The translations under genes and the position numbers were made by a program. This document shows, piece by piece, positions 57,273 through 64,000 of a stretch of 64,000 bases of DNA. The notes under the pieces were generated by a model. That model was not told the origin of the DNA and ran no database searches. It was given only the letters and a program-made list of their open reading frames with translations. The DNA comes from Burkholderiales bacterium (GTDB taxonomy: Bacteria; Pseudomonadota; Gammaproteobacteria; Burkholderiales; Burkholderiaceae_C), in NCBI GenBank assembly GCA_025358485.1, contig JANYJJ010000137.1:18065-82064 (forward strand), written 5' to 3'. The number at the start of each line of letters is the position of its first letter. The first letter of the stretch is position 1.

Positions 57273-58415
57273 TCAACGCAGCTTGTCTGCCCAGGTTTTG
57301 CGCAGTGCCTCAGCGGCTTGCGGTGCCAGCACCGCCGTCCACAACGCTGCGCCGCGTTGCAACGTGACGGTGTTGTCCGCCAGCACGATGCGTGCGCTGC
57401 TGGTGTCGCTTGTGAGGTGGAGGTTGAGCGCTGCGGAGTTGACAGCAGTGTCAGCGGCCTTGTCAGCAGCCGAGCCGCCGCGCAAGCCGCCTGTTGCCCA
57501 GCGCGAACCAGCGCTTTGATCCAGCAAGCGCAACCAGCTTTGGAGCGCAGGCGTGACCGCTTGGGGCTCGTCGTCATTGGCTTGCCAACGCCATTGCTCG
57601 GGTGAGGTGGTCACGCCAGCCAGCAAACTTGAAAAAGGGGACGCAGAACGAGTGGTCAGCGCGCTGACGGTGGGTGCGGGTAAGGCTGCGGATAAGGCTG
57701 CAGGTGCGGCTGCGGTTGCGGCACGCTGCGCGCCTTGCAGGGCCGCGCTTTCGTTGCGCGCCACACTTGCCAAATCTGCCGCTGCCGCTGGCGCTGGTGC
57801 TGGTGCTGGTGCTGGTGTCGGTGCAGGTGTCGGTGTCGGGGCAGCCGCTTCAACAACCACCGTGTCGACCTGAGTGGACTCCCTTTTTGCTTGACGCCTT
57901 GACTCTTCCAAGCGCGGCGTATCCGCCAGTTTGGCGCGTGCCGTCGACTCGGCCGCGGGCTTCGCAGGCGCGTCAGCACCCGAGAGCGACACCGCTTTGT
58001 CCTGGGCCACTTCGGGCGCAGGAGCTGTCTGAGGCATCGGCGCAGCCGTCGGCATCGGCACGGCCGTTGTCATCGGCGGGTCACCCCGCTCGTCCAGCGG
58101 CTTGTCCCACCACAGCACCCCCGCCAAGGTGGCGACCATGACGCTGGCAAAACCTGCCGCAACGGCAGGGCGCGTCAGATGTTTCCATGCGGCAATCAAC
58201 CCATGAGTGCGGCGCGTCGGCTGGGTCTTGGCGGCACTTGGTTTGCTGCCTGTGCTTGCGATCCCTTCCAACGCCAAGCGCGACTCACGCAAGATGTCGT
58301 GCGTCAACGCAGAAGGCGCGGCGGCTTGCGCATCGGGCGCATGAAGCAGCGCGCCTTTGAGCCAGGCGTCAGGGGTTTCGTCGTTTGACGGTGGGGCCGA
58401 ATCTTTCAAACTCAC
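57273..58415 (-). CDS. putative anti-sigma factor (single TM, Ala/Pro-rich periplasmic region)
   Basis: 4-nt overlap with the ECF sigma gene. One TM helix (VAAGFASVMVATLAGVLWW). Low-complexity APTPAPAP tract. Confidence 0.6.
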   Translation of the reverse strand: MSLKDSAPPSNDETPDAWLKGALLHAPDAQAAAPSALTHDILRESRLALEGIASTGSKPSAAKTQPTRRTHGLIAAWKHLTRPAVAAGFASVMVATLAGVLWWDKPLDERGDPPMTTAVPMPTAAPMPQTAPAPEVAQDKAVSLSGADAPAKPAAESTARAKLADTPRLEESRRQAKRESTQVDTVVVEAAAPTPTPAPTPAPAPAPAPAAAADLASVARNESAALQGAQRAATAAAPAALSAALPAPTVSALTTRSASPFSSLLAGVTTSPEQWRWQANDDEPQAVTPALQSWLRLLDQSAGSRWATGGLRGGSAADKAADTAVNSAALNLHLTSDTSSARIVLADNTVTLQRGAALWTAVLAPQAAEALRKTWADKLR

Positions 58416-59134
58416 AGCGCACCGCCTTCCGTGGAATCTGTGGAATCCGAGAGATCAGTGGATCGGGACAAAGGTGCCAAGTAAGCACCCATGCAAGCGC
58501 GCAGTTTTTTCATCGCGTACCGCAGACGGGTTTTGGCGGTCTCAAAACCAACGTCCAACGCTGCCGCCACATCGGCCAGCGCCATGTCGTCGTCGTGATG
58601 CAGCAAAAACGCGCTGCGTTGGGGCAAGGGCAAGCCGTCCAAGCAGTGCAGCAAACGCTCACCCGCGCGCCGCCAAAACGCGAGTTCTTCGCTGTGCGGT
58701 GCGGCGCTGGCGTGAGCGCTGATGGGTGCGGGCCAGTGCTGCCACGCCGTCGCATCGGGTTGCCAAGGGTCGTTTCCTTCGCCCTCAGACGCGTCCATCG
58801 ACACTTCGCGCCCGCTGCGGCGCAGCAGGTCAATGGCGCGGTGATGCGCCAGCGTGAACAGCCACGTTCTGAAGCTGGCCCCTTGCGGCTCCCACTGAGC
58901 GCGCGCCTTCACCACGCGCAGCCACGTGTCTTGAAACACCTCGTCGGTTTGCGCTGAATGCGCACTGCCCAGCAAGCGCCGCACAAAGCGGTACAGCCCG
59001 GCTTGGTGGCGCGCGTAGAGCTGCTCAAACGCGGCAGCGCTGCCACCGGCGTAGGCGGTCATCAACGCGGTGTCGGACGGAGTGTCGGACGCGCTCTCAG
59101 ACGAGGTGTTGGATGAAGTCAAAGCAGCAAACAT
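58412..59134 (-). CDS. ECF-type RNA polymerase sigma-70-family factor
   Basis: Region 2 (AFEQLYARHQAGLYRFVRRLL...DEVFQDTWLRV) and region 4 (MALADVAAALDVGFETAKTRLRYAMKKLR). Confidence 0.88.
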   Translation of the reverse strand: MFAALTSSNTSSESASDTPSDTALMTAYAGGSAAAFEQLYARHQAGLYRFVRRLLGSAHSAQTDEVFQDTWLRVVKARAQWEPQGASFRTWLFTLAHHRAIDLLRRSGREVSMDASEGEGNDPWQPDATAWQHWPAPISAHASAAPHSEELAFWRRAGERLLHCLDGLPLPQRSAFLLHHDDDMALADVAAALDVGFETAKTRLRYAMKKLRACMGAYLAPLSRSTDLSDSTDSTEGGAL

Positions 59135-59284
59135 TGAGCAGAAGTTTCCCTGATTCAGAACTGCTACGGCTCAGCAGCGCGAACGGGGTGAAGTGTTTTC
59201 ACTGAAAAATTTTCTCTGAGGTTTGACCCCGACCTTGAGCCTGAGCCGTATCACCTGCATCACCCACTTCTTTTGGAGCTGCTC

Positions 59285-60868
59285 ATGAATCTCAAACGCT
59301 TGTTGGCCGGTCTGGCCTTTGTGTCGGCGTTGGCCGCTTGCACCGTCCCTGACGTGGTGTCCGGCGCAGGGCTGTGGCATGAACCTGTGGCCCGTACCTC
59401 GACAACGCCAGCCCTTTGGTCACCACCTTGGTCGCCCGCTTGGCCACCCGCTTGGCCGAACACCCCTGAGCCACAAGCCGATTTCACCCCGCCGCGATTC
59501 GAGCCACCGTCGGCTGCGCATTGCCAGCGCGCACCCACCACGCGTGAGGTGTCGGGTGTGCAAATTCAACAGCAGGGCGCGAGCGGTCGCCGTGACAAAC
59601 AGGACAGTGACGCATCGCGCGAGATGGCCAAGACCGAAGCCGCGACCAAACCCACGACCGAGACACGCTCGTCCACCCGCTCCGACATGGTTGCAAAGGC
59701 AGCGCCAGCACCGATGCCTGCATCAGCGCTCAACGCGGCGCGCGAAAGCGCGTTTCGGTCTGCGCCAAGCGCACAAACGGAGCAGCCAACACCGACGCCG
59801 TCACGCAGCGCCGTCGTCACCGCTGGCGTGGTCGATGACAATGCCGACTTCGGCGAGTATCTGGCCTACCGCCAGCGCAACAGCCATCAACCCGTGCGCG
59901 ACCGTGACATCAGCGAGCGCTATTTGTTGGAAGTCACCGACGCCGAAGGCCGCCCTGTTCACGACGCCGAAGTCGCCGTGCAGCGCCCCGGCGTGGTGGC
60001 GCCCGTGATGTGGGCCCGCACCGACACCGCCGGGCGCGTGTGGCTGCACCCGCGTGCTTTCATGGCGTCTGACGCTTACTCCACTCAAGCGCGCAACGAC
60101 CTGACGTTGGGCGTCGCAGTGCGCAAAGGCAGCGAGCAAGCGCGCGCCACGTTGCTGCGCGGGCAAACACAAGCGGTGCAAGTGCGCTTGGGCGGGCAAA
60201 CCAAAGTGCAGCGCCCGCGCCTGGACTTGGTTTTCATGGTCGACGCCACCGGCTCGATGGGGAATGAAATTGGCAAGCTCAAAGCCTCCATGCGCGCCAT
60301 GGCCGATCAAATAGCGCAGCTTCCTGGTCAGCCCGACATTTGCTACGGTTTGGTGGCCTACCGCGACCGCGGCGACGCCTTCATCACCCGCACCCACGAC
60401 CTCACCAACGACCTCGGTGCGTTTCAAAACTTGCTGTCGCGGGTTCAGGCCGACGGCGGCGGCGACACGCCCGAAGCGCTCAACGAAGCCTTGCACGAAG
60501 TGGTGCACGGCCTGAGCTGGCGCACCGCCGCAGCGCGCTTGGTCGTGCTGGTGGCCGACGCGCCCCCTCACCTCGACTACGGCGGCCCGCAGTACGACAC
60601 CGACATGCAGGCGGCTTTGGCCAAAGGCATCAAACTGTTTACTGTGGGTGCCAGCGGCCTTGACCCGGTGGGCGAGTACATCTTTCGCCAAATGGCGCAG
60701 TACACCGCGGGCCGCTTCGTCTTCCTCACCTACAAAGACGCCGCCAACCCCACCAGTGGCCCCGGCACGCAAACGGTTCACGATGTGAAGAACTATTCCG
60801 TGCAAACGCTCGACAAATTGATCGTGAGGTTGGTAGGTGAAGAAATGGCGCGCTTGGTGAAAAGCTGA
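59285..60868 (+). CDS. vWA-domain lipoprotein
   Basis: Lipobox LAAC. GGAG RBS. MIDAS-type block LDLVFMVDATGSMGNEI...DGGGDTPEALNEAL. Confidence 0.85.
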   Translation: MNLKRLLAGLAFVSALAACTVPDVVSGAGLWHEPVARTSTTPALWSPPWSPAWPPAWPNTPEPQADFTPPRFEPPSAAHCQRAPTTREVSGVQIQQQGASGRRDKQDSDASREMAKTEAATKPTTETRSSTRSDMVAKAAPAPMPASALNAARESAFRSAPSAQTEQPTPTPSRSAVVTAGVVDDNADFGEYLAYRQRNSHQPVRDRDISERYLLEVTDAEGRPVHDAEVAVQRPGVVAPVMWARTDTAGRVWLHPRAFMASDAYSTQARNDLTLGVAVRKGSEQARATLLRGQTQAVQVRLGGQTKVQRPRLDLVFMVDATGSMGNEIGKLKASMRAMADQIAQLPGQPDICYGLVAYRDRGDAFITRTHDLTNDLGAFQNLLSRVQADGGGDTPEALNEALHEVVHGLSWRTAAARLVVLVADAPPHLDYGGPQYDTDMQAALAKGIKLFTVGASGLDPVGEYIFRQMAQYTAGRFVFLTYKDAANPTSGPGTQTVHDVKNYSVQTLDKLIVRLVGEEMARLVKS

Positions 60869-60877
60869 AAACCACCG

Positions 60878-60908
60878 TAGGCTCAATTCTTTAAAGAAGT
60901 TGAGCCTA
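60878..60908. repeat. 31-nt palindrome after the vWA gene
   Basis: TAGGCTCAA-TTCTTTAAAGAAG-TTGAGCCTA. No T-run follows, so it is not a canonical terminator. Confidence 0.6.
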
Positions 60909-60920
60909 TAAATCGTACAA

Positions 60921-61681
60921 ATGACCGTTCCGCGCACAGCCGCGCCTTTGCTGAAAAAATTGGCCCGAGGCTTCCCGGTGATTGCCATCACCGGCCCTCG
61001 CCAATCGAGCAAATTCACGCAAGCTCGCGTGATCTGCAACCGCCCACTTGGTTCGCCAGCTACATCGCCACCTACCTTGAGCGCGACGTTCGTCAAGTGC
61101 TCCACATCGGCGACCTGGCCCTGCTCCAACGCTTCGTGTTGATGTGTGCGGCACGCTCGGGTCAATTGCTCAACCTCAATTCTTTGGCCTCGGACTGCGG
61201 CATTTCCCAGCCCACCGCGCGCCAATGGCTCAGCGTGCTGCAAGCCAACTACGTCATCACGTTGCTGCCGCCGTATCACCGCAACCTCGGCAAGCGCCTG
61301 GTCAAAACGCCCAAACTCTTCTTTCTGGACACCGGTGTTCTGTGCCATTTGCTTCGCATCGCCGACCCACTCACCCTGCAAACCCATGCCCTGCGCGATG
61401 CCATTTTCGAGACCTGGGTTGTGACTGAAGTCATCAAACACCGCTTCAATCAAGGCCTGTCAGCCGACGTTTATTTCTGGCGCGACAACCACGGCGTAGA
61501 ACTGGACTTGGTCTTCGAAGACGCCGGTCGTCTTCACGCGGTGGAAATCAAATCAGGCACCACGTTTCCCATGGACTGGCTGAAAACTGCACGTCGCTGG
61601 ACAGCAATGGTCGGTGATGAAAAAACTACGGCGCAGCGCAACCAATCGTTGTGTACGGCGGAAAAGAGAGCTTCGAGTTGA
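60921..61681 (+). pseudogene. AAA ATPase with DUF4143, internally deleted and frameshifted
   Basis: Frame 1 reads FPVIAITGPRQSSKF (Walker A with G to S). Then there is a jump to another frame at WFASYIATYLERDVRQVLHIGDL...KTPKLFFLDTGV...YFWRDNHGVELDLV. About 150 aa of the ATPase core are missing. Confidence 0.75.
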
Positions 61682-61730
61682 CTGACGCAAGGGTGATCGC
61701 TTGGCGAAATCTCAAATAACGCCCGGCGTT

Positions 61731-61775
61731 AAAACTGTACAAATTTAAAGTTGAAGTTTGAATTTGTACAGTTTT
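61731..61775. repeat. perfect 15-bp inverted repeat with 15-nt spacer in an AT-rich spacer
   Basis: AAAACTGTACAAATT-(15 nt)-AATTTGTACAGTTTT. Confidence 0.85.
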
Positions 61776-62122
61776 TGCATGCGACTTTATTCGCTCAACA
61801 AAGGGACGGCATTCGTGTTCAAACGAGCCGTTCCTAAACTCACTGAACGAGCGGCCGAACATGACCGCGATCAACACTGGCGCATCACCGTGATGCTTCG
61901 CAGTTTTTTTTTGTTGCGTCGCTGCACCGCGGCACGTCACGGCCTTGCCTCTGCCAATCTTTGTGCCTCCGCTCTGCGGCGCCAGACCCCCCTACTCTGA
62001 AGGATTGGTGCTTCGCAACCCGACTCCTACATTGCCGCCAGGGGTTCTTCAGGGCCGACAGACCACCCTGGCCACGCTGGCCTTTTTCCATTCGGCTTTT
62101 CAAAACGACAGGGACAAGCAAC

Positions 62123-63085
62123 ATGGCAACAAGCTCCAAAGCAGGTGGGAAATTGGGCCCACATTCCCCCACTTCCAACGAGTCTGCGCAGACCGAGGCG
62201 GCGACCAAGAAATCGGCCACGCGGCCACCGGAAGAGGGTGTCAACCCCAAAACCAGCAAGCCCGGCGCAGGCGGTGCCGAGGCGGTGGCGGGCTTTCAGT
62301 TGAACCGCGAATTGGCGACGGCGATGGACTCGGTTTATCGCGCGCCTGAGAAGACCAATTTGCGCGATATCGCTGAGGCCTCTTACGGCCCGCTGCCGCC
62401 GCGCGCAGAGACGGTGCACGGGCCTGACGACCGGGTCAAGATCAACAACACCAACGCTTACCCGTGGCGCGTGCATGCGTCTTTGCTCATCACCGCCGCT
62501 GACAACTCGATGTGGATAGGCACGGGTTGGTTCATCGGCCCGCACACCTTGATGACGGCTGGTCACGTGGTCAACATACGCGGCAGCGGCGTCGCGGGGC
62601 GCGACGGCTGGGTGCGGCGCATACAAGTCATGCCGGGTCGAAACGGGGCCAGCTTGCCCTACGGCACCGTCACCAGCACCAGCTTTCGATCAGTGAACGG
62701 TTGGAGCGGCGGCAGCGGCGATGAGAACTTTGACTACGGTGCCATCATCTTGCCGGTGAACACCGGCAGCACGACCGGCTGGCTGGGGTTTGGCAATTAC
62801 TCTGATGCCGAATTGCTGGCGTCGGTGGGCAACATCTCTGGCTACCCCGGCGATAAACCCAGCGGCACGCAGTGGTACGACGCACGCCGCATCGCCGCCG
62901 TCAACTCGCGCAAGGTTTACTACGACATCGACACCGCAGGTGGCCAAAGTGGCAGCGCGGTCTACCGCATCGTGAATGGTGGGCGCTTTGCGTTTGGCAT
63001 CCATGCTTACGGCGGAGCCAGCACCAACTCGGGCACGCGCATCAACTCGGCTGTGTTTAACAACATGGTCGCGTGGAAGGCTTGA
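62123..63085 (+). CDS. trypsin-like (S1B, V8/Glu-specific-endopeptidase-like) serine peptidase without recognisable signal peptide
   Basis: Catalytic triad contexts TGWFIGPHTLMTAGHVV (His), FDYGAIIL (Asp), DTAGGQSGSAVY (Ser). The N-terminal ~100 aa are polar and disordered-looking. Confidence 0.85.
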   Translation: MATSSKAGGKLGPHSPTSNESAQTEAATKKSATRPPEEGVNPKTSKPGAGGAEAVAGFQLNRELATAMDSVYRAPEKTNLRDIAEASYGPLPPRAETVHGPDDRVKINNTNAYPWRVHASLLITAADNSMWIGTGWFIGPHTLMTAGHVVNIRGSGVAGRDGWVRRIQVMPGRNGASLPYGTVTSTSFRSVNGWSGGSGDENFDYGAIILPVNTGSTTGWLGFGNYSDAELLASVGNISGYPGDKPSGTQWYDARRIAAVNSRKVYYDIDTAGGQSGSAVYRIVNGGRFAFGIHAYGGASTNSGTRINSAVFNNMVAWKA

Positions 63086-63092
63086 CATCAAC

Positions 63093-63353
63093 ATGACAGT
63101 TGCCCGCTCTGTATTGACGGGACGGGTGCTCGATGCGCTGGGTCACCCAGTGTCGGGCGCCCGCTTGTTTGTGCACAAAGCGCCGGGGCCTGTGCCCGAC
63201 ATCTCGCTTTTGACCGCTGATGACGGCAGCTTCACGCTGAGCTTGCCGCAGTGGGGTCGCTATGAGTTGGCTTGCAGCAGTGACGCACTCGGTATTGCCT
63301 TTGCCACGGTCGAAGTGGGTGCCTCCAATAAGGTTTTGGTGATGACGCTTTGA
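63093..63353 (+). CDS. small carboxypeptidase-regulatory-like (CarboxypepD_reg) domain protein
   Basis: 86 aa: GRVLDALGHPVSGARLFVHK...TADDGSFTLSLPQWGRYEL. Starts 7 nt after the peptidase stop. Confidence 0.65.
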   Translation: MTVARSVLTGRVLDALGHPVSGARLFVHKAPGPVPDISLLTADDGSFTLSLPQWGRYELACSSDALGIAFATVEVGASNKVLVMTL

Positions 63354-63520
63354 TGATCAGGTTTGCGAAGGCTTAGGGCGCTGGTCCTCAGCTCGTCAAG
63401 TCCAATTCTGGACAGCGCCTGAACGTGCCGTCTTCGTTGAACGCGATGCGGCGCTCGCTGCGCAAACTGGCCACCATCTTGGGCAGTGCGACCACGCTGC
63501 CGGTTACCGCGACTTCGGTG

Positions 63521-63560
63521 GGGCATCGCTTGGCGCATCGCTTGGCGCATCGCTTGGCGC
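63521..63560. repeat. 12-nt tandem repeat x3.3
   Basis: GCATCGCTTGGC GCATCGCTTGGC GCATCGCTTGGC GCAC. Confidence 0.9.
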
Positions 63561-63738
63561 ACCACGTGCGACGTCAACATGAGACGCTCCCGCCGCTTCC
63601 AGCGCCAAATGCACAAGCTCGCCGCGCCTTTGGTTGGTGGGCCAACAGTGGTGTTCGCAGGCCGTGTAACGGGCGCTTTCTAAAGTCTGTTGTCGTTCAC
63701 TGAGCGACCAACTTGAACGGTAAAATGAAACAGGCGAA

Positions 63739-64000
63739 TCAAACAGCCAAGCGCGTCTTCCAGCGTGGCCACAAGGTGTTCAAGGCCAAGCCCGCCATCA
63801 CCAAAAACGCGGCGGTCAATTTCCATGCGGGCAGTGATTCGCCCAACATCCATGCTGCCGAACTCATGCCGATCACCGGCACCAACAAAGCAATCGGCGA
63901 AATGGTGGCCGCCGGGTAGCGCGACAACAACCAAGCCCAAGCGGCATAGCCAAACAAGGTGTTGCCCCAAGACTGCCAAAACACCGCCGCCCACGCAGTG
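63739..64000 (-). CDS. EamA/DMT-family transporter, 3' part (5' end beyond the window)
   Basis: GNTLFGYAAWAWLLSRYPAATISPIALLVPVIGMSSAAWMLGESLPAWKLTAAFLVMAGLAL. The frame stays open to the window edge. Confidence 0.75.
   Translation of the reverse strand, partial: TAWAAVFWQSWGNTLFGYAAWAWLLSRYPAATISPIALLVPVIGMSSAAWMLGESLPAWKLTAAFLVMAGLALNTLWPRWKTRLAV

Noticed and set aside
59801-61453. 550-aa minus-strand ORF spanning the vWA gene 3' half and the ATPase pseudogene
   Set aside because: It crosses an intergenic palindrome and two unrelated plus-strand genes and has no recognisable motifs. It is a GC-driven open frame. The same reasoning applies to 148..933(-), 979..1752(-), 20632..21756(+), 25212..26147(+) and other long antisense ORFs in the track.
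61731-61775. LexA SOS box (CTGT-N8-ACAG) in the inverted repeat
   Set aside because: Each arm contains CTGTAC / GTACAG, but the CTGT and ACAG halves are 28 nt apart, not 8. Neither arm alone forms a box.

Overview
GC-rich proteobacterial chromosomal window. Gene content and order suggest a Burkholderiales/Comamonadaceae-type betaproteobacterium, but that is an inference and was not searched. Most of it is housekeeping: corC-lnt, glyQ-glyS-gmhB-plsC, purT, ubiA, gdh, putA-proC, uvrA. Accessory patches are interspersed:
- A cyanase/ABC-transporter cluster (cynS with a cynABD-like transporter) next to a divergent sigma-54 enhancer-binding regulator.
- A four-gene operon (rhodanese, OsmC-like, acyl-CoA-dehydrogenase-fold protein, rubredoxin-FAD reductase fusion) behind a textbook -24/-12 promoter.
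- A ParE toxin-antitoxin pair.
- A two-gene nucleotidyltransferase-like module wedged into the glyQS-gmhB operon.
- An intact C5-cytosine methyltransferase next to what looks like a truncated restriction-enzyme remnant.
- Two PEP-CTERM proteins.
- An ECF sigma/anti-sigma pair facing a vWA lipoprotein.
- A small AT-richer islet with a decayed AAA-ATPase gene and a signal-less trypsin-like protease.

The most striking thing I can see directly is a ~110-nt nested-palindromic repeat. It is inserted in frame inside two conserved housekeeping genes (putA and uvrA), and a third, truncated copy lies in a gene-remnant region. Other notable points:
- A DksA-like protein has lost 3 of 4 zinc-finger cysteines, carries a ~270-aa Lys/Ala/Pro-rich tail, and sits next to a His-rich COG0523 GTPase.
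- A second REP family is dense around 30.3-33.3 kb.
- There are several precise short tandem arrays (8-, 12-, 13- and 15-nt periods) in leaders and at the 5' ends of CDSs.

No rRNA, tRNA or CRISPR array was recognised by eye. All family names come from motif recognition and memory, not from searches.
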